A stretch of DNA of 64,000 nucleotides. Source: an uncultured Bifidobacteriaceae bacterium. Lineage in GTDB: Bacteria > Acidobacteriota > Vicinamibacteria > Vicinamibacterales > JAENWD01. Below, in pieces: positions 19,225-28,205 of the stretch. The notes below the pieces were generated by a model. It had not been told where the DNA came from. It searched no databases and saw nothing but the letters and a program-made list of their open reading frames with translations. Every line of letters starts with the position of its first letter. The first letter of the stretch is position 1. The stretch lies in assembly GCA_964446605.1 (NCBI GenBank), contig CAYUPN010000005.1, forward strand, positions 5,039 through 69,038, given 5' to 3'. Position numbers and translations under genes: made by a program.

Positions 19225-19596
19225 CTAGTTCCCGCAGTGCGGGCACTTCGCGGCAGCCTGCAGCCGCTTGTTGCCGCAGTGCGCGCACCTCACCAGCTCG
19301 CCCTGCGGACGCGAGAACAGATAGACGACGATCCCGATGACCGGAACGAGGAAGACGAAGATCATCCAGACCACGGCGCCGTCCAGGCCGCGCGCCTTGG
19401 CGTCCCTCGCCACCCAGACGAGCAGGGCAATCTGGATCGCGAGCAGGACCAGCGGGATCACGAGGAATGTGCCACAGCCGAGGCACCCGAGCACCGCGGC
19501 GGCCGCGTCCTCGTCCGAGCGCGATCGGCGCTGGGCGTACAGGTGGGCGTGCGAGAGCAGGAGCGTAGCCGACGCGCAACTCAGGAAACGGGGCAA
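19225..19596 (-). CDS. small membrane protein (PLDc_N-like TM pair) with C-terminal zinc ribbon
   Basis: WVARDAKARG...W...V.IVVYL; CAHCG...CPHCG. Confidence 0.7.
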   Translation of the reverse strand: MPRFLSCASATLLLSHAHLYAQRRSRSDEDAAAAVLGCLGCGTFLVIPLVLLAIQIALLVWVARDAKARGLDGAVVWMIFVFLVPVIGIVVYLFSRPQGELVRCAHCGNKRLQAAAKCPHCGN

Positions 19597-19803
19597 GGGT
19601 CCTCCACAGGGGCAGATCGGCCGGTACGGGTGTCAGAGACCCGTACCCACGGCCGCAAGCCGGACGTTCGCGGCGTCAGCCAGCTCAGCCGTAAGGCGGC
19701 GATTCTTGATCCAGGGGGGCGCCGGATGCAACCGGCAGAATTCCGGCGGGCTTACCGGGAAGTTCGGGGATCCCTGGGCTACCTGCCCAGGCGTGGAGGG
19801 AAC

Positions 19804-19897
19804 TGGCGGTGAGGCAGGGATTCGAACCCTGGGTACAGGTTTAAGCCCGTACAACGGTTTAGCAAACCGCCGCTTTCGGCCACTCAGCCACCTCACC
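19804..19897 (-). tRNA. tRNA-Ser (GCT)
   Basis: GGTGAGG acceptor stem, anticodon loop TTGCTAA, long variable arm, GGTTCGAATCC, CCA end. Confidence 0.96.
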
Positions 19898-19984
19898 GCA
19901 CGGAGCTAACTATTGTCGCACAAGGACTTGCGAATTTCAGCCGTTCGATCCGGATCGGCGATCCTGCTCGATCGTCCCTGTCGT

Positions 19985-20128
19985 GGCGTCGAAACGCCTG
20001 ACGGCCTCGGAAGGCACCGAACCATATTGTATCGCTCGAACACGCTCCGGGTCTCGTGCCAGGTTATCCGCATCGCCATGCCCGGATTCCCGGCGCGGAC
20101 GATTGCGCAGCGCCGTTCTGCGGATCGC
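19985..20128 (-). pseudogene. frameshifted C-terminal remnant of a tyrosine recombinase/integrase
   Basis: Across frameshifts: IRRTALRN / VRAGNPGMAMRITWHETRSVFERYNMV / EAVRRFD, resembling the HDxRRT.VRN..RAG....AM..TGH.TRSVFDRYNIV box II region. Confidence 0.75.
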
Positions 20129-20161
20129 CCTTCGCTGCCTGCACTTCGAGCCGCCCACGTG

Positions 20162-20848
20162 TCATCGGGAACGTGCGGCCTTCGCCGTTCCCACATGGCG
20201 ACGGAATATCGCGCGTATGAGCAATGCCAACGCGGGCAGCGCCAGCGCACCTGCGAAGGCCACCATGAAACCCGCGTCGACGGCGGCGGCGCCCATCGCG
20301 GCGTACCAGGCTGACACGGCCACGTTCGCGGTGCTCACGGCCACGAATACGTGGCCGAACGGCACGCGCAATGCTCCAGCCGAGATCACCGACGCCTCCG
20401 CCAGCACGGGAACCGGGCGGAAGAGCACGAGCGACAGCACACCATGAGCCTGCAGTGTCGCTTCGGCACGCGCGATTTCGTCAGGCGCGACGAGGGCGGT
20501 CGCTGCCGGCCGGCCATACCTGTGGCCGAAGAGGTAACCTCCCGAGCACCCCAGAGTCATCCCGACCGCGGATGCAACGGTTCCCCAGAAGAAGCCAAGC
20601 AGCGTGCCCGCGGCGGTGCTCACGATGCTGGATGGCACGGGAAGGAAGATGTCGCTCGCGAGAAGCGCGACGACCGCCATGCCGGTCAGCGATCGCGAAC
20701 GGCCAGGGGCCAGCGCACCCGTCGACACGTCGAACATGGCGTCCTCGAACATGACGAACGGTCCGAGGATCAGGCCCAGCAGCAGTGCAACGAGAATCGC
20801 CCATCCCTTGAAACGGGCGCGCGCTGGCCGGGATGGAGTCGACGACAT
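20162..20848 (-). CDS. VTT/DedA (TVP38, SNARE-associated) family membrane protein
   Basis: DIFLPVPSS....AAG.LLG, GY.FG, FRPVPVLAE...AG. Confidence 0.82.
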   Translation of the reverse strand: MSSTPSRPARARFKGWAILVALLLGLILGPFVMFEDAMFDVSTGALAPGRSRSLTGMAVVALLASDIFLPVPSSIVSTAAGTLLGFFWGTVASAVGMTLGCSGGYLFGHRYGRPAATALVAPDEIARAEATLQAHGVLSLVLFRPVPVLAEASVISAGALRVPFGHVFVAVSTANVAVSAWYAAMGAAAVDAGFMVAFAGALALPALALLIRAIFRRHVGTAKAARSR

Positions 20849-20863
20849 GGCCGGGTGACGTGA

Positions 20864-22957
20864 CTACATGTTCAGGTTGCACCACCGCACGAGCAACTCG
20901 CGCTTGCCGGCGGACAGCTCGCGCGTGATCGGCATGTAGAGCGTGGAGTTCCAGAAGTTCGGGTCCGTGAACTGGATCATGTTGTTGGCGAATGCCTTGA
21001 CCTTCTCCGGATCCTGCGGCGCGTCGTTCGGTCCCCACGGGATGAACGTGGACATGATCGGATAGAGGAGCGAGAAGTAGCAGAAGACCTCGGAGTAGAT
21101 GAACGGCCAGTTGTTGATCTGTTCGTCGGTATAGCTGCTGTAGTCGTCGGTCGGCAGAATGCGCACGACGGCGTAGAACTCGTTGTCCCACGCGAAGTTC
21201 GGAGCCGCCGGGGGCACGTTGGCGTCGCGGAAGCGGATGGCACTCGTGCCGGGACGGATCGCGGTCAACGTCAGCGTGAGCACGCCGCCGGCGGGCACGA
21301 CGACCGATTCGGTCATCGTCGGCACGGTCTGCGGTCCACCACCGTAGTAGCGCAGGAGGTACGATGTGTTCGGGAGCGCCGTCGCGCCCGCCACGCTGAA
21401 GTACGGCCCCGTCGAGCCCGGCGGCGTGCCCGGCAGCGGCACCGGCACCATCGGCTTGTCGGGATTGATGTAGTCCTTCTGGCACATCCAGTGCTCGAGA
21501 ATGACCGTCGTGGGCGTCTGCGCCAACACCCCCTTCCTGAATACCTTGATCGTGATCGTCGCGGAGCCAGGCAGCGGTGGCTCGCCGACCTGCGGGATCG
21601 CCTCCTGGAAGTACACCGCACGGTCGTCGGTCTGAATGTCGATGTCGGGCACTTCGGCCAGCAGCGTCGTGGCGGGTGACAGCCCCTGAATGGCCAGCGT
21701 GCCGGTGGCGATGTCCTGCTGGATCTCCGCCAGGTTCGGATTCGACGCGTAGCCGATCTCCACGAGGCCGCCACCCGACTCGTAGGTCTGTTGATCGTTG
21801 GGGATCGAACCGATCGTGATCGGTGTTCCACCGGATGCCGGTACGACGACCAGGTTCAACGTGCCCAGCGACAGCTTCTCGTTGGTGTTGACGTTGCACT
21901 CCGGGAACGTGCTGATCGCGTCGAGGGTCACCAGCGAGTTGGTGGCGTCAACGTTGGCGAGGGCTTCGCCGAGCGCGATCGTGCTGGCGGTCACTGCCTG
22001 GCCGCCGCAGGTGGCGCCTGCGGTTGAGAACTGCTTCTGCACGTAGAGCTTGCGGCCGGGGGGCGCGCTCAGCATGTCGTCCGGCTGAAGCACGCCGATG
22101 GTGCCGAGCATCTTGCCGACGTACGGGTTCGGCGAGTACACCCCCTTCGCATAGTCTGCGTACAACTCGTCGGGAGTGGTCTGGTAGATCGCGTCGTAGA
22201 AACAGTAGCGGATGGTCAGGCCCGCGCCAGCGGCGACCGCCGCCGCCAAATCGTCGAGCGCGGGGGACGTGACGCCCGACGGGTTGATCTTGAGGCCGGG
22301 GCCGTTCTGCACCGAGCCGATGAAGATCGCCGACACCATCTGGAAGCCAATCGCGTCGGGATCGACGTTCTTGTACGGGTTGATGAAGTACGAGAATGCC
22401 CGGTTGTTCTGCTGCGCATCGATCAACACGGTCGTGCCGTCCGCGGCGATTACCTGGAACCCTGCGGAGAAGATCTGGGTGGTGATGAGGGCGAGCGGAT
22501 CGACGTCCACCATCACGGCGTTCGACGGCGGACCACCGAAGAACACGTTGCCGACAATCTGCACGGTCGCGCCGTAGAGCGGATCCGTCGCCGGAACCGT
22601 GACGCCGGGACTCGCCCAGATGGTGTTCACCGTGGCCGACTCGAAGCGGGTCGCGTGGTCGCCGTAGTAGTTCCAATGCGCCTGCTGACCGTACGGTCCG
22701 CCCTCGGAGGCCGGCAGCCCGGTCATCAGCCCCATCAGCCATGCGCGCGCCAGCGCCGAGTCGGCCGGGCCGCCATACGGCAACGTCTGCTGCCCCGCCG
22801 GGTACTGCACTTGCGCCCCGGTTATCGGCGTCATCGTCGGGTTGAACGTCAACGTGTCGATATTGAACACATCGGCGAAGTCCTGGTTGTTCGCCGTCGA
22901 CGGGTTGGCGTACACCCCGCCCATGAAATGGAAGACGGGACGGCTCAAATAGCTCAT
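20864..22957 (-). CDS. VioB/StaD/RebD-related protein (about 697 aa) lacking the C-terminal ferritin-like domain
   Basis: Start re-picked at MSYLSRPVFHFMG...NPSTANN (compare VioB MSILDFPRIHFRG...PTANRD, from memory); WNYYGD; C-terminal W..IY..V..YF.LLYP.M...YMPITRELSAGKRELL..W. Confidence 0.65.
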   Translation of the reverse strand: MSYLSRPVFHFMGGVYANPSTANNQDFADVFNIDTLTFNPTMTPITGAQVQYPAGQQTLPYGGPADSALARAWLMGLMTGLPASEGGPYGQQAHWNYYGDHATRFESATVNTIWASPGVTVPATDPLYGATVQIVGNVFFGGPPSNAVMVDVDPLALITTQIFSAGFQVIAADGTTVLIDAQQNNRAFSYFINPYKNVDPDAIGFQMVSAIFIGSVQNGPGLKINPSGVTSPALDDLAAAVAAGAGLTIRYCFYDAIYQTTPDELYADYAKGVYSPNPYVGKMLGTIGVLQPDDMLSAPPGRKLYVQKQFSTAGATCGGQAVTASTIALGEALANVDATNSLVTLDAISTFPECNVNTNEKLSLGTLNLVVVPASGGTPITIGSIPNDQQTYESGGGLVEIGYASNPNLAEIQQDIATGTLAIQGLSPATTLLAEVPDIDIQTDDRAVYFQEAIPQVGEPPLPGSATITIKVFRKGVLAQTPTTVILEHWMCQKDYINPDKPMVPVPLPGTPPGSTGPYFSVAGATALPNTSYLLRYYGGGPQTVPTMTESVVVPAGGVLTLTLTAIRPGTSAIRFRDANVPPAAPNFAWDNEFYAVVRILPTDDYSSYTDEQINNWPFIYSEVFCYFSLLYPIMSTFIPWGPNDAPQDPEKVKAFANNMIQFTDPNFWNSTLYMPITRELSAGKRELLVRWCNLNM

Positions 22958-24234
22958 GGTCGGGGCCCGTTGCTGCTGGTGGTGCTCTTGGAGTGGGCGT
23001 TGCGGAACGACCACGCGTAGTCCATCTGCTTGAACGTGGCGTTGGGATATTGCTGCCTGGCCAGCGCCTGGAAGTCGACCTTGCCCGTGTAACCCTCGAC
23101 GTTGCCGTTGGCGGTATTCCAGAACGTCAACCGCAGCGTCTGCGGCGACCCGATACTGCTCAGCGAGTGACACGTCATGCACGACGATGAAGATTGGAAG
23201 TACGTTTCAGCCTGTGTGTTGGCAAACAGCGTCGGCTGGCCCTTGTCGTCGGTGAATGCCGTCTGCCATCCCTGGATGGCGTAGTACTGCCACTTGGTGC
23301 CAGCCAGGGCGGCCTGAAACGTCGTGTTGTAGGCGGCTGCAGCGGGGTTGAACGTCTGATTCGGCCCGACCGCAGCGCCGGGCTGGCCTTCGTAGAACTG
23401 GAACGTCGACGTGGGGTTGTCCTGCTGCTCGAAGGTCACCCACAGCCAGTCGGGCAGCACCTTGCTGATGATGTGAAGCCCGGTCAGGCCCACCTTCGAC
23501 AACATCGCCTTGCCGTTCTCGTCGGTGTAGATCCCGTACGAGGTCCAGTAGCGGCTGTCGTCCACGCCCGGTTCGAGGATCCGCCAGGCCGCCTTGACCT
23601 CGATGGCCGCGGTGGGAAAGCTGAATGTGTAGGTCGGATCGTCGAGCGCCGCTCCCTGGCCTTCGAGGTTGAACAACTCGAAGCCGGCGGGATTGTTGAC
23701 GACGTATTCGAACGCATCGCGATTCATGCGCACGTCGTACTGCACAATCCTGGCGGCGCTGTCGACGATCTGCCTGCCATCGATCATCGTCGACTCCGAC
23801 AGGTAGTGCAGGTACGGCGAGTCGACGGAGCCGATGGCGGCAGCGGCCCTCGCCCATTCCGGCGACTCCGAGGCCAGCATGTACGGAGCCTTCCACGGCG
23901 CCGGCCTGGAGCCGTCCTTCAGATAGACCTCAGCGGTGCTCTTGAAGGTTTCCCAGACCGTTGGACCTGGCGCGCCGATCTGCCTGTCGAAGTCGGGCAC
24001 GCCCCGTTCGTTGGCCAGTGCCGGCCACGACAGGAACACGAACAGCGTCCACCCGAACTCGCCCGGATCCTGAAGCGCGGCGGACGCCCCGCCGGCCCTG
24101 GGATCGACGGCCTCGATCGCCGGCTCGCGCAACGGCGCGGCCGGAGCGGCGGGAGGAGCCTGGCAGGCTCCGGCCCACGCCGCGACGGATGCCGCAAGGA
24201 CCAGTACGGCGAGGCCTCGACGTGCTGCGTGCAT
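22954..24234 (-). CDS. predicted lipoprotein with a single C-terminal CxxCH (c-type cytochrome)
   Basis: AGGAG RBS; MHAARRGLAVLVLAASVAAWAGAC lipobox-like; LSWPA, VWETFK, YDVRMN, IEVKAAW, GLHIISK, WVTFEQ.DN, SSSCMTCH, DYAW. Confidence 0.72.
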   Translation of the reverse strand: MHAARRGLAVLVLAASVAAWAGACQAPPAAPAAPLREPAIEAVDPRAGGASAALQDPGEFGWTLFVFLSWPALANERGVPDFDRQIGAPGPTVWETFKSTAEVYLKDGSRPAPWKAPYMLASESPEWARAAAAIGSVDSPYLHYLSESTMIDGRQIVDSAARIVQYDVRMNRDAFEYVVNNPAGFELFNLEGQGAALDDPTYTFSFPTAAIEVKAAWRILEPGVDDSRYWTSYGIYTDENGKAMLSKVGLTGLHIISKVLPDWLWVTFEQQDNPTSTFQFYEGQPGAAVGPNQTFNPAAAAYNTTFQAALAGTKWQYYAIQGWQTAFTDDKGQPTLFANTQAETYFQSSSSCMTCHSLSSIGSPQTLRLTFWNTANGNVEGYTGKVDFQALARQQYPNATFKQMDYAWSFRNAHSKSTTSSNGPRP

Positions 24235-24253
24235 CGCTACTCCTGAAACGCGA

Positions 24254-27200
24254 CTACGCTGATTCCGTACACGCAGCGGCGACGCTCGTTGCGCCCCATG
24301 CTGCCCAGGCTTCGCGAGCGGCGTCGCGGTGCCGTTTCGCTTCATCGCCGTGGCCTTGCTGCGCCGCCATCTCGGCCCATCGTTCATGGGCCATGCCGAT
24401 AACCTGCACGTATCCCGTTTCCGTCGCGGCGGCGATCGCGGCCGCATAGTGCGCGGCGGCGGCCGCGGAGCGACCGGCTACCCGTTCGCGCTCGCCCGCC
24501 AGCAGCCGATGCTTGTGCGCGAAGTTGTCGGGGCATCGCGCCGCCCACGACGCGAACCTCCTTTCCGCCTTCTTCAAGACAGCGCCCGCGCCGGGACTGC
24601 CGGCGGCAGCGGCGATGAGCGCGTCGAGAAACACGTGCTCGGTGCTGTGGAGCATGCCGGCGGACGCCTTCAGATAGCTCGCCGACACCGCGGCGAGCTC
24701 GGCGGCGGCGGCGTATTGCTTCCGCAAGTACAACGCGAGCATCTTGTCGACGAAGTAGTAGTGGGCGAAGTGCTTCGACCCGAACCCGTCGAGCTCCGCG
24801 ACGAACGCCGTCTCATCGAACGTCTCATCGTCAAACGAAGCGGGGCCGGCCGTGGCCCCCTTGAGGCAGGCAATCGTCTGCCGCACGGCCCGCACGCAGC
24901 CAAGCGTCTCGCGCTGCTGCGCTCGCGCCAGCCAATCCGCGTATTGGCCGGTCAACGCATGGATGTCGTCGAGCGGCGCGCCCCGCATCAACTGGCTTTG
25001 CACCGTGCCGGCGCAGGCACAACCGGTGTGAAACAGGTCGCCGCTCTCCAACCCGGCGGCGTGCGCCTGCTGCCACAGGGCCTCGGCGTCGGTCGCCGGT
25101 CGCAGCCACGACGTGCCGAAATAGCCGACCACGAAGCGGACCTCGGCACGCTGCATGCGGTTGTCGTAGCGCTCGACCAGATCCAGCGCGACACGGCCGT
25201 ACTCGTAACCCGTTTCGTACCGCCCGAGGACGCCGCCGAGGAAGATCGCCCCGAACACCATGAACGGCACCGCCGACTCGCCGATGTTGCCGTGGCGCAG
25301 CGAGAGCGTGACGGCCTTCGTCGAGATCGCGACGCACAGCTCGGGACGAACCTGGAACGCCGACTTCGCCGTCGCCGAGATGATGCGCACCGCCCAGCGG
25401 TGCTGTTCGTCGGTCATCTCCGGCAACTGCGAGATGTCGGCGATGCGCCGGCGGCCAAGCTGCCATCGCGCTCGCGCCAGATCCAGGAGGAAAGCGGGTG
25501 GCACGAAGCTGGCCGGCAGACGCACGCCAAAGCCGGCCGCCGCCTTGCGGCCGGTGTCGTACGCATCGCGGAAGCGACCGGTGTCGGCGTAGAAGTGGAT
25601 CAGGCGCTCGAGGACTTCCGCCTTCGCCACGGTCGAGCCCGCCAGCTCCGCCGCCCGCGTGAGATATTCCTCGGCACGCTCGAAGGCCAGCACTTCGACC
25701 GCGGCGGCACCCGCCTTTGCGTAGTAGGTCGCGGCTCGCGCCGGCTCGGAGTGCGCGAGGTGCACGGCGATCTTCTGCGGTTCGGCCACGCCGCTCGCCT
25801 CGAGGGCGCCGGCCAGCCGCTTGTGGCAATCGAGCCGGGTGCCGGGGTCCACATGGGCAGCCACGCTCTCGCGCACGCGATCGTGATAGCACTCGATCTG
25901 ATCGTCGACGCTCGGACCGGTGGTCCGAACGAAGTGACCGGTGCGGAGCGCGATCACGACCTGTTGGGGAAACGAGTCGAACCCGGCGGCCAATGCCGCG
26001 TCGCGCACCCGCACGGGTTGTCCGGCGACGGCGATCGTCTCGAGCAGCCGCCGTGGGGCGGCGTCCAGCAGCTGCACGCGCGACCACAACACGGCGTCGA
26101 GATCGAGGCCAGACGCGCGGTCGAGATTCAGCCCGGCGCGCACGTGACGCGCCAGCTCGATGATGAAGAACGCGTTGCCGCCGGACTCCTTGAGGATGCG
26201 CTCCGCGATCTCCCTGGTATCCGGCCGGGCCGAGCCAAGCAGGGCCAGCGCCAGCTGCAGGGTCTCGCCCTCGGCCATCGCCGGTACGTCGACGACCTGC
26301 CACTCGACGCCGGCCTGCTGCTCGCGTTCGGCGGCCACCAGAGCATCGAGACAGGCGCTCCGGCCCGCCGATTCCGTGCGGTGCGCCAGCAGCACCAATG
26401 CGCGCGGAATCCGCGACGCGCGCAACAGGTCGACCAGCAGGTGCGCCGAATCGACATCGCCCCACTGCAGGTCATCGATCGACAGCACCAGCGGACGCGA
26501 TTCGGCAATGCGGCCGAGCAATTCACCGAGGGCCCGGAAGCCGAGACTCCGCTGCTCACGCAGGTCGGCGCCTTGACCCGTCGTCTCGCCCGTCTCGCGG
26601 ACGCCGGGGAGCCCCTTCATCACCGGGAACAGGCGCGCGAGACCGGCGATGCTGGACGGCAGCACCTGCGCGCGCTCGGCGGCCGGCAGGCCGGCCAGAT
26701 AGTTGTAGAGGGAGTCGAGCAGGCTGTCCCATGCCTTGTACGGGACGGACTCCTGCTCGTAACAGCGACCGGTCAGCACGACGACGTCGGGACGCTGCGA
26801 CACCGCCTCGAGAAAATGCGAGACGAGCGTGCTCTTGCCTGCACCTGATCGCCCGTGGACGCGGCACACCACGACGGTGCCGCGCGCGCGATCGAAGGCG
26901 GCACTCAGGCGACCGAGCTGTTCGTGCCGGCCGACAAACGGCGTCTCGCTCTCCCACGTTGCGGCGGCAAGGGGTCCTGCGGTCGCAGCGACGCCGCTCA
27001 ACGCGGCCAGGATCACGTTGCCCGACGGCCGCGCATCGGGGTCGCGCGACAGCAGCGCCATGCACAACGCATCGAGATCCGCGGGCACGTTGCGCACAAG
27101 GACCGACGGGCGAACCGGATCGCCGGTCTTCTTCGCCTCGAGCACGTCCCGAGCGGATCCAGCGAAGGGCCGCTGCCCGGTCAGCGCTTCGTACAACATC

Positions 27201-28036
27201 ACGCCCACCGCGTACCAGTCGCTCGCGGTGCCGAGCGGCTGGGCCGAGGCTTGCTCCGGCGACATGTAGTGCACGGTGCCGGCGATGTAGTCCGGGTGGA
27301 CGTAGCCGCTGCGATGGCTGGCCGGGCCGAAACTGGCGCGCCCCGGACTGCCGGACCTGTGGCCATGCGCCACCGACGGGCCGCTGGTCAGATCGGCAAT
27401 CAGGCCGAAGTCGAGCAGGCGGACCCGTCCGTCCGGTGTGACCAGGACGTTTTCGGGCTTGAGGTCACGATGCAGCAAGCCGGCCGAATGGAGCGCCATG
27501 ACGCCCTCGACCAGCTGCTGCATCGCGGCCCGCAGTTTCTGTTCGTCGTGGATTGCCGTGAGTGCGGCGGCAGGTCCAGGCGCATGCGAGGACTCGAGCG
27601 ACCCGGCATCCAGTCCGGTCACCGTGGCCTGATCGGCCCCGGCCGGTGCCGACGTTTCCGCGCCAGCGTCCAGCGCATCAGCGCCGGCGTCCTGGTTCCG
27701 CACCCACCGCCGGAAGTTCACGGCATCGTCGAGCAGCTCCATCGTGAAGTGCCAACGGCCATCGACGAGAAAGAGCTCGTAAAGCGAGAGCAGGTTGCGG
27801 TGGACCAGATCGGTGAGCGCGCGAAACTCCTGCTTGAAGAGGTAAATCGTTTCGGGGTCGGCGCGGCGGAGGACTTTGAGCGCCACGCGTTCGCCACGCT
27901 CGTGGTCGAACACGTCGTAGACCATTCCCATGCCGCCCGCGCCGATGAAGCGGTTGACTGAGAAACGAGCGGTTCCGGTGAATTCGTGGCCTGGTTCTGG
28001 CACCCGCCCACCGTCCTGCGGCGGAGATACTACCAC
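24254..28036 (-). CDS. Ser/Thr kinase + AAA/STAND-like ATPase + helical-repeat protein
   Basis: IGAGGMGMVY, HRDLKPEN, DFGL, GTVHYMSPEQ; FVGR..L; Walker A GRSGAGKS; Walker B LSIDDLQWGD; HDRVRE. Confidence 0.92.
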   Translation of the reverse strand: MVVSPPQDGGRVPEPGHEFTGTARFSVNRFIGAGGMGMVYDVFDHERGERVALKVLRRADPETIYLFKQEFRALTDLVHRNLLSLYELFLVDGRWHFTMELLDDAVNFRRWVRNQDAGADALDAGAETSAPAGADQATVTGLDAGSLESSHAPGPAAALTAIHDEQKLRAAMQQLVEGVMALHSAGLLHRDLKPENVLVTPDGRVRLLDFGLIADLTSGPSVAHGHRSGSPGRASFGPASHRSGYVHPDYIAGTVHYMSPEQASAQPLGTASDWYAVGVMLYEALTGQRPFAGSARDVLEAKKTGDPVRPSVLVRNVPADLDALCMALLSRDPDARPSGNVILAALSGVAATAGPLAAATWESETPFVGRHEQLGRLSAAFDRARGTVVVCRVHGRSGAGKSTLVSHFLEAVSQRPDVVVLTGRCYEQESVPYKAWDSLLDSLYNYLAGLPAAERAQVLPSSIAGLARLFPVMKGLPGVRETGETTGQGADLREQRSLGFRALGELLGRIAESRPLVLSIDDLQWGDVDSAHLLVDLLRASRIPRALVLLAHRTESAGRSACLDALVAAEREQQAGVEWQVVDVPAMAEGETLQLALALLGSARPDTREIAERILKESGGNAFFIIELARHVRAGLNLDRASGLDLDAVLWSRVQLLDAAPRRLLETIAVAGQPVRVRDAALAAGFDSFPQQVVIALRTGHFVRTTGPSVDDQIECYHDRVRESVAAHVDPGTRLDCHKRLAGALEASGVAEPQKIAVHLAHSEPARAATYYAKAGAAAVEVLAFERAEEYLTRAAELAGSTVAKAEVLERLIHFYADTGRFRDAYDTGRKAAAGFGVRLPASFVPPAFLLDLARARWQLGRRRIADISQLPEMTDEQHRWAVRIISATAKSAFQVRPELCVAISTKAVTLSLRHGNIGESAVPFMVFGAIFLGGVLGRYETGYEYGRVALDLVERYDNRMQRAEVRFVVGYFGTSWLRPATDAEALWQQAHAAGLESGDLFHTGCACAGTVQSQLMRGAPLDDIHALTGQYADWLARAQQRETLGCVRAVRQTIACLKGATAGPASFDDETFDETAFVAELDGFGSKHFAHYYFVDKMLALYLRKQYAAAAELAAVSASYLKASAGMLHSTEHVFLDALIAAAAGSPGAGAVLKKAERRFASWAARCPDNFAHKHRLLAGERERVAGRSAAAAAHYAAAIAAATETGYVQVIGMAHERWAEMAAQQGHGDEAKRHRDAAREAWAAWGATSVAAACTESA

Positions 28037-28205
28037 TTGGCCCGGCCAGTGAGGTGCGCTGTGCGGGAGACGTCGCGATCATTTGGCGGTTCACGGGGAG
28101 ACGGCGCGTCGCACCTGTCGAGGGCGTCAGCCGGCCGAAATATGACCTCTTCGGCTCCCCGGGTGTCGGTTGCGGCCGTCGCGCGGCGTATGCCAGCATG
28201 TCGCC

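Noticed and set aside
14952-19829. 19-bp direct repeat gaggcagggattcgaaccc (14952-14970 and 19811-19829) that looks like attL/attR
   Set aside because: Both copies are T-arm/acceptor parts of complete, different tRNAs, and the enclosed DNA contains the core gene gltX.
19633-19896. 87-aa ORF over the tRNA
   Set aside because: It is a translation of tRNA-Ser and its trailer.
20864-22957. Calling the locus a violacein/indolocarbazole cluster or naming the gene vioB
   Set aside because: No Trp oxidase, VioE/StaP/StaC or ferritin-like domain is seen; the similarity is motif-level only.
22958-23182. N-terminal 75 aa of the 772-aa ORF
   Set aside because: It overlaps the upstream CxxCH gene in another frame; the ATGA-coupled start at 22957 matches the family N-terminus.
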